A model generated the notes under the pieces. It had not been told where the DNA came from, did not search any database, and was given only the letters and a program-made list of their open reading frames with translations. Shown here one piece after another: positions 47,086-64,000 of a stretch of DNA of 64,000 nucleotides. The translations under genes were made by a program, and so were the position numbers. Source of the DNA: the human T2T-CHM13v2.0 reference genome, Homo sapiens. The stretch is from assembly GCF_009914755.1 (NCBI RefSeq), contig NC_060947.1; one strand, given 5' to 3'. The first letter of the stretch is position 1. The number at the start of each line of letters is the position of its first letter.

Positions 47086-47104
47086 ATTTGCTTTCATGGG
47101 AAAC

Positions 47105-50100
47105 TTATTACAGTTTCAGTCTCATTACTCATTATGAGTTTGTTGAGGTTTTCTATGTCTTTATTGTTCAATTTTGATAGGTTGTATGTGTCCAAGAATG
47201 TATCCATTTCTCCTAGGGTTTTCAATTTGTTGACATATAGTGGTTCATAATAGTCTCTAATATTTCTTTGTATTTCTGTGGTCTCAGCTGTTTTTGTTTC
47301 TGATTTTATATATTAGGGTCTTTTCTCTTTTTTATTCATTAATCTACCTAAAGATTTGTCAATTTTATCTTTTCCAAAACAACTTTTTATTTCATTGATA
47401 TTCTGTTTTTTTGGTCTCAATTTTATTTGTTTCTGCTCCGATATTTATTATGTATTTCCTTCTACTAATTTTGGATTTGGTCTGTTGTCAGTTAACTAGT
47501 TCCCTGAGGTGCATTATTGGGTTCTTTGTTTGAATTTTTTCTTTGACATAGATGTTTATTGCTGTGTATTTCTCTCTTAGTACTACTTTTGCTGTATCTC
47601 ATAGTTTTTGATATGTTGCATCTCCATTTTTATTTGTTACAATAAATTTTAAAATTATCTTCTTAATTTCTCCATTGAATAATTAGTCATTCAAGAGCAT
47701 ATTGTTTATTTTCTATGTGTTTATGTATTCTCTGTGGTTTCTTTTATTATTGATTTCTAGTTTTATTCCATTGTGGTCTAAAAAGATACTTGATATGATT
47801 TCTATTCATTTGAATCTGTAGAGACTTGTTTTGTGGCCTAACATACGGTCTATTCTGGAGAATGTTTTATGTGCTGATGAAAAGAATATATATTTTGGAG
47901 CGGTAGGGTAGAATGTTCTGTAAATGTCAGTTAAGACTATTTGGTCTAGTGTGTAGTTTAGCTCCGTGTTTCTTTGTTGATTTTCTTTCTCAATGATTGG
48001 TCTATTCCTGAGAGTGAGATGTTTCAGTTCCCTATTATTGTTTTAGAATACTCTCTCTCTTTCTAGTTCTATTAATATTTGCTTTATATACTTGGTAGCT
48101 CTGGTGTTGATGCATAAATATTTATAATTGTTAAATTCTCCCTGAATTGACCCATTTATCATTATGTAGTGACATTCTTTGTCTTTTTTATACTCTTAAG
48201 CATATAGTCTATTTTATCTGCCATAAGTATATCTACTCCTGCTTTTGATTGGTTTCCAATTGCATGGAATAACTTTCCACCTCTTCACTTTCAGCCTATG
48301 TGTGGCCTTACAGGGAAAGGATTCTTGTAGGCAGCATATAGTTGTATATATTTTCTTTATCCATTCAGCCACTCTGTGACTTTTAATTAGAGAGTTGAGT
48401 CTGTTGACAATCAGTGTTATTGTTGATAAGTAAAGACTTACTACGACCATGTTGTTTCTTGTTTTTTGGTTGTTTGAGCCTCCCTCCCTCCCTCCTTCCC
48501 TCCTTTCCTTCCTTCCTTCCTTCCTTCTTTCCTTCCTTCTTCTTTTCTTTTCTTACTGTTTTCTTTTGCGTTAAGTAATTTTCTGTTAGTAAGTTTTAAT
48601 TCATTGCTTTTCAGATTTTTACTGAATATATTATAGGTTTCTGCATTGTGGTTAAAAAAAGCATCTTATCGATATAAGAAGTTATATTAAGGAGATGGGA
48701 ACTTATCTTAGGTCACAAAGAAATGAATAGCAACAACAAAAAAATGAAAATAAAACTCTGCAGTTTAGCTCCAGCCCCCTCACATTTCGACTTTAATGTT
48801 TTTTCAGTTTCTATCATTTTGTAATACCTATCTCTAATAGGTTGCTTTACAAAATATAGTTTTTGATACATTTTTCTTTGGGATTTTGTATGAGTTATGA
48901 GTATATTGCATACCACAGTTACAGCATTAGTGTATTTTGCGTTTGTCCATGTACTTAATTTATTTGTGTTTTATACCTTCAAATGTTTTCTAATTGCACA
49001 GGATTTTTTTTTTCTTTTAGATTGAAGAACTTCCTTTAGCATCTATTGTAAGGTGGGTCTGGTGGTGGTGAATTGTTTCAACCTTTGTTAGTCTGGGAAA
49101 GACTTTATCTCTTCTTCATATTCAAATAATAGTTTTGCTGGATACAGTATTTTTGGATGACAGTTTTGTTTTGTTTTGTCCTTCAACACTTGGAAAAATG
49201 TCATCCCACTCCTTCCCGGCTTGTATGGTTTCCATTAGGATATATGCTTCCAGATTAATTGGAGTACCTTCAGATCTTATTTTCTTCTTTTCTATTGCTG
49301 CTTATAGAATCCTCTCTTTGTCCTTGACCTTTGAGAGTTTGAATATTAAATGCCTTGGCATAATTTAATTTGGGTGCCTTGTGTTTGGTGTTTTCTGACC
49401 TTCCTGTGCCTGGATACTTATCTTTTTCTCAAGTTTTAGATTTTTTTCTGTTATTATTTCTTTAAATGAGCTTTTCCACCCTTGTTCTTGCTCAACTCCC
49501 TCATGAATACTAATAATTCTTAGATGTGGGATTTTAACATAATTTTCTGTATCTTCCAGGTGATCTTCATATTCTTTATGTCCTCTGACTGTGTATTTTC
49601 AAATAGCCTATCTTTAAGCTTACTGATTTTTTTCTCTGCTTTATCCATTCTTCTGTTGGGAGCCTCTGTTGAATTTTCCAGCTCAGCAAATGTAGTACTC
49701 ATTTCCAAGATTACTGTTTTTTAAAAAATTATTTCAATCTCTTTGTTAAATTTCTGTGATAAATTTCTACTTTGGTTTTCTGTATTATCTTGGAGATCAC
49801 TGAGTTTCCTTAAAACTGTTATTCTGAACTCTTGATCGGAGAGTTCACATTTTGCTAACTTATGAGTGTCAGTCACTGGTTTCTTGCTTTGTCTGTTTGT
49901 GGATGCCATGTTTCCCTGTTTGCAGTTGTTTCTTGTGGATATACATCTATGCCTTTGCATTGAAGGATTAGTTATTTATTCCAGTTTTCTTTATCTGGCT
50001 TGTTTTGGTTTCTATTCTATATTTGCGTAGATATTCTTTGTAATATAGCTGTTGATTTTCTGTCTTTTGTTTCCTTTTCACTATGCTTCTGCCTCCTTTT

Positions 50101-50740
50101 TGGCACTAGATAGTGCCTTAAGGCCAGGTTACTCTTAGTTCTAGTAAACAATTACAGTTCTGCCTGTCCATATAGGGGGAGTTTTCAAAGGAGATATACT
50201 TGTATTTCAGGAAGGCTGGCTAGGAATTGATGTTCAGGGGACTTGTGACCTCCTACCGTGTGGTGCTGCCGAACAGTCGCTCTTATTTGGCATCTCCTTT
50301 ATGTGAGTTACGGAGCAGAGGTTCCAGGGCTGGGAACGGTAGTTCTTTCTCTCATCTTTGTCTCTGTCTTCAGGTATATCTCTCCCTTTAGGCACTTGCA
50401 GTGCTTCCCTAGGATTAAGGCAGGGATAGACAGGTCTGAAAGGAAGCCCATGTCTACCTTTATGTTACTTTTTCCAGTATAGAAAACATGAGTTGAGAGG
50501 ACATTTTCTGCATTCTGGATGAGGGGTAGCATGGGAGCGAGGAGCATTGTGGATATAAAAATATATTTCTCTTACTGTCTGCTCAGAGTTTTTAAATTTT
50601 CTGTGGCCCTGGAAACTCTCATTCTCATATTTGAGTTCTGGAATATTGCTGGTGATAATCTTGGTGAGGCATATTTGTTTGGGGTTTTCTGTTGGGGAGG
50701 GAATGAAGCCAGCTTGCTTCCATGTCACCAGTTTGGAACC
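47105..50740 (-). mobile_element. Old L1 (L1M) 5' half: ORF2 EN region, ORF1, 5' end
   Basis: ORF 48214-48450 resembles the ORF2 start (LSTITLIVNRLNSLIKSHRVAEWIKK); ORFs 49520-49960 are ORF1-like; (CCTT)n at 48478-48550. Confidence 0.8.
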
Positions 50741-50749
50741 AGACCTCTA

Positions 50750-53100
<2,351 letters not shown>

Positions 53101-56100
53101 TTGAGCCCTAATATGACATCTTTTCAAATAAAAGATTACCCTTACCCCTTTGCTAAACTGGCAGATGACGGCTGTGGGAACTCACAGTATTGGATCATCT
53201 TAATCAAATTTCATTGATTGAAAGGCCTGGTCCCTGAGAGCTGGTGTAATTTCAGTCTATCCTTATTTCTAGGACATAAACCCTTGTAGGCCCAACCTAT
53301 TCCCCCTGCCATAGAATCTTGACTTCAGTTTTTCTCCCCTAACCTCATCAGACTTTCAAAATAATTGTTTATTTAGCCTCTTAGGGGCCTATTCCAGAAC
53401 GAAAGATCCAGCTAACCTGTCTTGGTTTCCTTATTTTATATCTTGGTTCCACAATATTTTGTCATGTTTTTAGTTTTCTAATTCCTTCTCAGACTTTTAA
53501 AAGATTTATGCCAGGTTTGCTAATTGTTTTGGGGGAAGGTTGGTCCTTATTACCCCTTGTTACCTAGTTCACCTTTATACAAAATAGAAATTTGCTAGTT
53601 TAAAAAATATCCTTATTTGGCCAAATAAACAAATTTGCAACCTTTTGTGAGATCTCCAGAGTCTTTTTGTTGGGAGTTTAGTTATCCATGAAATCCATTA
53701 GTTTAATGGCTACTGATTAAAGGGACATGAAAGAAATAAAATTATCAGTCCTTGTGATCAAAGAGCCTTCTATGTAGTTAGGAAATCATATTTAACATGG
53801 GTGAAGCAATTAGTGACTTATAGAATATGGGATTTATGCAAGGCTTTGATTGGGTAGCACAACCTCAAACAGCAGTTAAGAATTCACATAGAAGATAGGG
53901 CTAGAGCTAGGTTTGAAAAATAAGGATAGCCAGAGGGAGGGGGAAGGGTGTTTCAGGCAGGGAACAACATAAGCTAAGGCTTAATCATCATTGAACTGAT
54001 TTAATTGATACCTTGATGACTGAATAGTTTATCCCTTAATCCCTCTTTCCCTTGGTTTATTGTTAATACTAATCAGGCTGGGCTGAAAGCTTGGGAATTC
54101 ATTGGAGCACACCGTGATACATGTGTTAATTTGACTGCCTGTGATTCTTTTAGCAGACCCAGAAGTGCAGCTAACATGCCGGTGATTCTATAAAGTCTGC
54201 ATAGTCCCCCAGCTGGATGTTTTATAATCAGCCCTACCTCAGGAGAACCTCAGCTAATCCAGCTATTTTTATCTAAGGCTCAGTTGGAGAAATCCCTTGT
54301 ATTCATTCCCCTGCCTTGGTACTGAAGTGAGACATTTGTGACTATAATTCTAAAGCATAAGCCACACTGGTAAAGATTGAGAAATACCCACGTTATACTT
54401 GCCTATTCATGATTCTGATTTCACCTGGCTGATGTGACTACTTTTTAGAGCTCAATATTTTTCTCTGTGAATTTGCTTAAGATGAGTGAGGCATCTTTTG
54501 CAACTGCTAAGGGCATGAAGCCTCTATTTTTTAGATACTCGATGAGTCTGAATTTCTGGTGGTGGTGGTAGGGACTAGGCAAGGTAGTATAGTGAGTATA
54601 CATTTTACTTCATAAACTCAGGTATACAAGAAATATTTTATATGTTCCTTTAAATCAAGTTTAATCTACCCTGAGCTCCTAATTTATTAGGCTGATTAGA
54701 AACTCAGTCTCATTTATTCTTTGTACTTTCTCCTGTCTCTCAGAATGATTGCATTGTGCAGTCATTCTGGAAATTAGTACAGAACAGGACTTGTAGAGAG
54801 GACCCTTTGATCTTTGGTTTATACCGATCACCACTGGCATACTCCTTGTCCAAGTCAGCACAATTCCTTGAAGGGTAAGTTCCACTGTGGCTTCCATGGA
54901 TTTTTGCCAACTCTTAGAACTCCAGTGTCCAGGATTGATCCTTTTTGGATATTACTATACATCAGTTGTCCTGTGAGGTCCTGCCATTATCCCATGGTTC
55001 TATGAAGAAAAGGGCATCTGAACATGGTTCCCTCCTTAGTCTTTTAGAATCATTTCTTTTCTCAGAGGCAAACATGAAAGCATAATGGCAAGTATTATGA
55101 AGTTGCCTCAAAGCAATGCTACCAGTAGACATCTCTTTCTTCCACTGGGTGAAAGGGGGTTGTGGGAATCTGGCAACTAAGAGAGGCATTGGGGCAGAGG
55201 TTGAACTTTCCAGTCATTAGTTAATTTACTGGTCACGTATTTGGTTTCAGGCCCTAAGCAATGAATAAGACCTGGTCTACACCCTCAGGCAGATGTTATT
55301 CAAGCAGAGAGTGAAGAATATAGTAGAAAAGGGGGCCCCTTATTACTACTGACCTCAACTTCTGAGGGGAACACCTTAAATCTCAGCTCTCAAATTGCCT
55401 TTTTCCATCTCCTTGGTAGTTATGAATCAATCAGTCTTTGGAGGTGCTTGGCCTGTAACTGTAGGAATAGATGTGTGTGTCTATTTTTATACTAGATGCT
55501 CTTGGGCTGTGTCCTCAAAGGATAGAACTGTGTAGGTCTGTCACTTCTGAAATCTCTGGCTTTACAAGACTTCCCACTGCAGATAAGGGCACTGACTTCT
55601 CTTATCTGCTTGTCCCTAGGTTCCTCTCTCTGGTGAGATACCGACTTTACCTGCAGAGCTGGATAGCTTTTATCCCTGAACTATATACCACAGACACTCA
55701 AGATTAGTGCCAGGACAGGAGAAAGGGTAATTGTTTCGGGGAAAGAGAATTGTGTAGGTGGTAGTTGTTTAAAAAACTGGGGGCTAGAGTGGTATTTAGT
55801 CAAATATAGCTCCCACAGAGCAATGAAAAGGCCTTTTGGCATCTTTTTCAAAGAGCTCAACACTTACATGCTTTGTGCTCTGATGGGAAAAGTGTTTAGA
55901 ATGTTTCAGCCTCTAAAAAAATCCCTCACCTGTTTTAGTTGTATATCACATTTTTGTTGAAGCCTCTGAAATACTAAAATTGTGTCAGGTTTTTATTAAT
56001 TCAGTGATGCTGTATTGTAAATTAGAAGGTTTAAGTCCTTGGCCCATACTGTCTTAATTTTCCAACCCTCTGTGCAAACTGCAACTATTACTTGATAAGT

Positions 56101-57099
56101 ATCTGAATACACTTCTTGTCAAGTATATATTTATCTTTAAAAACTTGGTTCTGTAGAGACCCTTTTATGTGTAATTTTGACTTCATATTTTGTAAAACTA
56201 TTGATTTTTTTTTCATCTGCACACAATTGGGATTCCTTTTTAGTGTTTTATCCTTTTTAACAAATGTGAGTAAATCTAAATGAAGCTTTTAGAGAGAGTT
56301 CTTAAAATTGCCCTAATGACTTAGGGGTATCAAGGTTATAGCCATCCATTTTCACTTGGGCAGAAGGGAATTAATCATGAGCTATCAGCATGTTAAACCA
56401 CATTCTCCTCATAGGATGTTAGCTTCTTAAATATGTGTCTTCCTATCACTTGAGATCTATGTGAGAGAAAGAAGGGTAGTAGACATAACTGGGGTGTATA
56501 TATAGGAGAACCACATGGTTTCCATAATTTTTCCATAGTCCTTCTCCTTAGCTTTTATGGGGACCCCACATGCTTTCTGTATCTTGAGAAAACCTGATCT
56601 TAGAAAGGAATCAGAACATACTCTTAGTAGAGCCTGGGTAACTTAATGACTTAAAATGTCACTATCCAAAAAGATTTGCATTTGATTAAGTTGACAAAGC
56701 CCAAAATAAGACATTTCCCAGGAGATTTTCAAGCATCATTCCTCTAGTGGGAAGGGTATTATTCTGCACCCCCCTCCCTCCAGAATCACCATTTGAGGTC
56801 TCCCTAATCTTTTTTTCTAAATCTATTCCTAACTAGTATCCATGCTGAGTAGCAGTTGAACTATAGCTGACCACATTTTTGACACTGTGTGTTTATGGGA
56901 TTGGGGAGGGGAAGAGAGTGAAGATGCAAAGAGGAGGAACATTGATAAGAGAGGAAGCAAGTCTGCCATCATGTGTCTATCCACTATGGGCCGAATGGGG
57001 CTATATGTTTTGGAAAGATGGAAAGGCATGCATAATTCCTGGTTCATACAATAAGCATTTTATGACTTTGGTGATTAAATGAGATAAAAGTTTGAAATT

Positions 57100-57325
57100 T
57101 ATTAAACTACATTTGGAGTCAGGTCAATCTAGGGCTTGTATATCATCCTAACTTCTTCTCAACTACATATTCTTGAATGAGTCTTTTATTCTCTCTAGCC
57201 TTGAATTTCTCAAATGTAAATGGACATCATGCCTATCTACTGTTAAAAGGATGTCATGAAAAACAAATGAGATAATAGATATAAAAAGTACTTTACAAAC
57301 TCAAAAGCTAGAAAGTGCTATATAA
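57100..57325 (+). mobile_element. MIR SINE
   Basis: ttggagtcagg...tctctagccttgaatttctcaaatgtaaatgg...aaatgagataatagatataaaaag. Confidence 0.65.
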
Positions 57326-57474
57326 AGCTGAGATGTTTGTAACTTGGGATAATCATTTAAGAACATTCAGCTGATAGCTTTAACACCTTCCTCTCCCCTA
57401 AACTGCATTGCCTTTCACTTCCCTGGCTTGGAAAGGCCACAGTGATGTGTAAGTGGTGGCCTTACATGGGTAAA

Positions 57475-57640
57475 CAGGATAGTTTAGTGCTCCTTGGCAG
57501 TCACACAGCTCCCCACATGCAGAACAGCCATTCACTTGGCCTAATGATCTACTCTTGCTATTTTTAAACTTTTAATTTTTGAATAAAAAGTCCCACATTT
57601 TCATTTTGCATTTAGTCCTCAAATATGAGGACTGGTCCTG
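57475..57640. mobile_element. MER91A-like hAT DNA transposon fossil
   Basis: gcagtcacacag...cccacattttcattttgca...ggtcctg with cagg/cctg ends. Confidence 0.65.
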
Positions 57641-58493
57641 CTCTTGGACTGCCTTCTGTTCCTTTGTGCAGTGATGGGAACCAGAAGTTCCTTTATGAAC
57701 CCAGGGATAGAGGCAGCCATATGGAAGTTAGCTGAGAGTTTGGCTGGGAAGTTTGCTAGAGGTGGTTCAGTGGCAGGGGTGAAGTGGCTCCCTAGATGAG
57801 GGTTGTGGAGTAGTTAGTCTGAGCTGAAGATCAAATGTGTGTGGGTCGCAAACATCAGGGTGTCCCTGTGCTAGCAAATGCCATGCTGGAGTCTAATCAG
57901 CAGTAAGAATCATCAGACCCCAGCCATGCTAAGAGAAAACAACTCAGAGTTCATCAGTCTCTGACTTCATCAGCAAATGTGGAGTGAACACTGAGCAGAT
58001 AGACAAGGCACATTGTTGCAGAGACCCAAAGAATTAGGGAGTCAGAGGACAATTACAGGAATCCATGCATGATTGTGGGCCTCCCCTGCATTTCATTCTG
58101 CCACAAAGGTGTATAATGGTTACACTGAAGAAATAGAACTTAATAACGTTAATTCACAAAGCATCTGTATTCTACCTATTTTCCTCACTGCCTGCTCAAA
58201 CCTGCTTCGAAGTTTGGTTCTTTCCTTGCTACTGGAGAAAATTTTGGCAGATACTAAAGCTCTTAGATAACTAAAAGTTCTCTGGTTGCATCTTGCCATA
58301 ACAATTGCCTCATTTCCATAATTAAAATATCAAGTTCTATGTAATAGTCAATATTCTGAAGGTCACTTGTCGTTACAGTTTTTCCCCTCTCTGAAAATGG
58401 TTTACTTCAGGCTTGGAGACCTGTAGTAGAAAATGGGGCACATTTTTTACCTTCTTTTCTACTTTTCTTTAGGCAGTTCCTCTTACTCCTTGA

Positions 58494-58833
<340 letters not shown>

Positions 58834-58940
58834 GATAGCCACTGTTTATGAACCCTTTGGGTCATACTGTGTAGAAGCATGAGAATTAAGGAACAAGAAA
58901 AATCTTACCTGAAAGGTAGGTATTATTGTGGTCTGACTTT

Positions 58941-59064
58941 TTTTTTTAAGAGACAGGGTTTTGCTCTATTGCCAAGGCTGGTCTTGAATTCCTGGTCACA
59001 AACGATTCTCCCACCTCATCTTCCAGAGTAGCTGGGACTACAGGTGTGAGCTGTTGCACCCAGC
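58941..59064 (-). mobile_element. FLAM (free left Alu monomer)
   Basis: ~124-bp monomer with T tail and a perfect 14-bp TSD tgtggtctgacttt. Confidence 0.88.
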
Positions 59065-59328
59065 TGTGGTCTGACTTTGATGTCCTGCTTGGTAGGTGTT
59101 TAAACCTGACTATTCAGTTGTCTTCATGGGTTATTTGGTGATCTCTTACCTCAAGGTTCCTTTACAAAATTAAAGTCTCTCTTCTGTATCGCCATTAAGG
59201 AACTACCTCCCACTCTTGCCATCTCTTGATTTTGATAGTACGCCTCTAGTCTCTTTCTGCTTAGGTCCCATTGTTCCAGGCTAGAAACCTTCTTGAGACA
59301 GAGTATTAAAGAAAGCTTACTTCTGGTC

Positions 59329-59775
59329 CGCAGTAGGCTGAATAATGGTATCCCAAAGATGTCAATGTCCAAATCTCTGGAACCTGTGAATACAGAATCA
59401 AAGGGACTTTGCAGATATGATTCTGGATTTTGAGATGAGGAGATTATCTGAGATAACCTGGGAAGGACTGATTCCTTATAAGAGGGAGGCAGGAGAGCAG
59501 AGGTAAGAGAAGGCAGTGTGACAATAGAAGTAGAGATTGAGGTAAATGTGGCCACAATAAAGGGAGTCTGGAAGTCTCTAGAAGCAGGAATTGATGAGGA
59601 ACAGATTCTCTCATGGAGCCTGCAGAAGGAACTAACCCTGCCAAAACCTTGACGTTAGCCCTTTAAGGCTCATTTTGGACCTCTTAACTCCAAAACTGTG
59701 AGATAATAAATTTGTGTTGTTTTAAGCCACGAAGTTTATGGCAATTTATTACAGGAGCAATGGGAAACTAATACA
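59329..59775 (+). mobile_element. MLT1 (MaLR) solo LTR
   Basis: aggctgaataatgg..cccaaagatgtc...ataaatttgtgttgttttaagcca...ggaaactaataca; TSD tggtc/ttgtc. Confidence 0.85.
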
Positions 59776-60225
59776 TTGTCCAAATGAGATACAAAAGAGC
59801 CATTTATGTGGACAAACTTTAAGTGTGTAGGCTACTGTCAGTGCACCGTCCTGTCTTTCCTGTATTGTCAGAGCCACTAGACAGCCACAACTGTTGCCCT
59901 TTAGATTTCCAAGTTAGACACCAGGCTCTTGTGACCCCCAAATGTCTGAGGACCAAAAGTAAAGCTCTCTGAATCTTTCCGAGGTCACTCTTACTTGGCT
60001 TGGGGTAAGGGGGAAAGCAACAACTCCCTTTTTCTATTGGGAGAATGAAGAGTAATATTACAAGAAATCAATAACTGTTAATATTTCTGAAAGGGATTGT
60101 TTCTTTCCAATTTCCAACCCCTCTTCAAACTCAACTCTTTATGCCAGGAGGAGATATTACACTACACTAAGGGTGTCAAAATAGGGTTTGGACCCTATTT
60201 TGGGCATTGGTGGTTCAAGAGCCTC

Positions 60226-60279
60226 ACTTTGGAATGTAAGCATACTTGGAATGTAGGCATACTTTGGAAATGTAGGCAT
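60226..60279. repeat. Three tandem copies of an ~18-bp unit (actttggaatgtaggcat)
   Basis: Directly visible. Confidence 0.85.
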
Positions 60280-60801
60280 AAAAAATAGTCAGCTATTTTT
60301 AATTCTTAGTCTTTTGAGGTGTCAGATTAAACAGATTCAAAGGGCCACAGTTTAGTATATATTTACATTCATGAATTCCCTCTCATAAAAGCCCAGGTGC
60401 CATCTTGGAGGTGAGCAGGAGGATGGGAGAGAACATTTCAAAGACTGTGAAGTTACCTAAAGAGACTCAGTTACTTGAAAATTTGAAATGATTAGATTGG
60501 GCTGAAATGAACAAACTGAGTTAGATAAATTTTTCTCTTTTATCAAATGCATGAGTGTGTATAAGGAATATTAGATCAGTTATAGAATAAGTGAATAAGC
60601 TACATATTCTTCATGCATTGGAGTGCAATGTGAGCAATTGTTTTTCCTGCTACATATTTGGTTTCTGAGTAATGATTGGCAAAGTCAGCAATGCTTCCTC
60701 CATGTCAGGACTATCTTGAAGACCACCTTAGTGATTGTTACAGAAGCTAGTTGCATAGATCTAATAAAAAGCTTTTACTGAGTTGTAAAATAAAGAGCTC
60801 T

Positions 60802-61185
<384 letters not shown>

Positions 61186-61719
61186 CTAGTATATAGGTGG
61201 CAGTTGTGGGATAGGTCACCTCCAATGAATAGGTGCATAAAGTAAAATTTAAATGTTTTTCCCTTTGCTTTAGAGAGCCCCACCTGGAAGACTCTAGGTT
61301 CTCATCTTCATGCCCCGATGTAAGGAGAGTGGTCCGTAAGTATATGCTTTGCCTACTTTCTCCATGTAATATCTCAAGTGAGAAAAAATGATAAAAATAA
61401 ACACCCAGAAACATCTGTTAGATCTGAAAAAGCACAGAGCTAATTTACATCTAGAACTATCATCAGCTGAGAAATGAACTAACAAGATGGCATGTTTAAT
61501 GCATCGTATACAGCATCTTAGTTGTGCTTCCTCTATAAACAGAATATAAACTTTAGTATTACACTTATTGCTCAGGTGGTAGTTACACAAATAAAGGTCA
61601 CGCTTGGATCACAAGTGATTTCAAGAAGCCAGTAGTTTTTTTAGTTGTGGAGGAATAGTTTCTATAAAGTAAATGATCTGATGGGTTTTATTAGAAACAC
61701 GTGTAATATTATCCAAACA

Positions 61720-61960
61720 GCATGAACTAGGAGTCAGGAGACATAGGTTCCAATCCCATCTTTGTCATGTATTAGCTATTATATCTTAGACAATTTATAG
61801 CCTATCTGGGCCTAATTTTTTCCATCAATTAAAAGTAGATAACATTCCTTGCCTTGCCTATCCCCTAGGACAGTTATGAGACTCAAATGAAAAAAAAAAA
61901 AAAACCATACATGAAAGAGCTTCATGTGAAACGCTATGCAGTTAAGAAGGTATTAGCTTT
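61720..61960 (+). mobile_element. MIR SINE
   Basis: ctaggagtcaggagacataggttccaatccc...ggacagttatgagactcaaatga. Confidence 0.7.
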
Positions 61961-62413
61961 AGAATGACACATATGTGTGTCTTTATTGAATTCCCATTCC
62001 CTCACACTTTCCCTCTAAGGAATTCCCATCACTATCCCAAGGATAATCTATTTTAAGTAGGCCATCTTGAGTGTGGTCTGCTATTTTTGTTTCTCAAGAC
62101 ATTTCCCTCTGTATTTAATGAATTTCCATTGCAGGAAAGGATGATGAGAATCTGTTCCTGCTACCTGAAATAGTTTCAAAATTTGTCTCTTTGCCTTTTA
62201 TGTTAGAACTACTGTATTTGCTGACGTGTATCTCCTTTTTTGCATGTTCTTTTTCTCTATTTGTTGTTTGTATGATTAAATATAAGATTTATTTTCCCTA
62301 TATTTCATTCTTGACAGGACATTAATTCCTAGCAGCAATTAGATTCTAACTTTGGAAGACTGGGTCAGAGCAGTTTAAGGAATATAAACTACATTGACTC
62401 TAGTAAACCAAGT

Positions 62414-62830
62414 TGTATTAGTCAGGATAGGCCAGATTCTATTTTAGGAACAAAGAATACTGAAATCTCAGTGGTTCCAAACACAAAAGTTTTATTCTCT
62501 GCCTATTCCAGCTGTACCCCCATCACAGGTCTTCTGAGGGCTCTGCTCTGCATTGCCATCACCCTTACTCTGACTCAGACTGGTGGAGAAGCAGCTATCA
62601 GGAACATTAGCAGTCTTTGTGGTAAAGGACAAAGAGATCCCTGAAGGTTCTCACAATGACAATTATCTGGTTTAGAATCAGCATATATCACTTCTAGTTA
62701 CAACTGATTGTCCAGAACTGGTCATGTAGAACCACCTAGAACCACCAGTAGTCCAGGAAGCACGATCCTACTATGTATTTGGAAGAGGGGAAAAACTAAA
62801 CATTTTGACAGACAGCACCAATGACTGACA
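62414..62830 (-). mobile_element. Old MLT1 (MLT1J/K/L-like) LTR
   Basis: tgtattagtcaggataggc...gaaatctcagtgg...cacaaaagttttattc. Confidence 0.65.
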
Positions 62831-63071
62831 GACGAGCTTAAACTGCTCACACTGTTTTGAGGCCTCTGATCTATAAAGGAGGAGGTTGGAACCATTTGTC
62901 AGTTTTGCTGTGGAGGCAAAGGCAAATGGTGACATTTGCCCCTGAGATCTGGCTTGTAGAGTCAAATTCCTTGTTAAAGTCAGTACTGGTTTCAGTTATG
63001 CCACTTGTTATTTTTGATGGCAGGACCTGGTGGTTTCCAGCTTCCTATATTCATTCACCTAAATGCTTTTA

Positions 63072-64000
<929 letters not shown>

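Noticed and set aside
60226-60279. CRISPR-like repeat
   Set aside because: Units are adjacent with no spacers; it is a simple tandem repeat in human DNA.

Overview
Human genomic DNA, identified by an L1HS-Ta insertion plus AluY/AluS elements. The window is AT-rich, dominated by repeats, and looks intergenic or intronic. I found no supportable host protein-coding exon, RNA gene, CpG island or CRISPR array. Every long ORF in the track is LINE-1 ORF2, and the short ORFs are Alu/L1 read-throughs or noise. Contents: a near-full-length old L1MA with target-site duplications (TSDs) at 11.1-18.8 kb; a ~26 kb nested transposon pile at 26.5-53.1 kb containing a twin-primed L1HS-Ta0, an internally deleted L1PA and a 5'-truncated L1PA3-like copy; 12 Alus plus a FLAM; MaLR/ERV LTRs; DNA transposon fossils; MIR/L2 fragments; and a young L1PA running off the right edge. 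The most unusual signal is that the three young L1 copies, which differ elsewhere, share non-consensus substitutions inside one ~200-bp tract. This suggests local L1-to-L1 gene conversion or an assembly artefact. Other oddities are a 63-bp TSD, an in-frame ORF1-ORF2 fusion, and two MaLR LTRs at the same 5-bp target. Subfamily names come from recalled consensus sequences, not a database search, and boundaries of old repeats are approximate. I see no evidence of a wholly new biological system.
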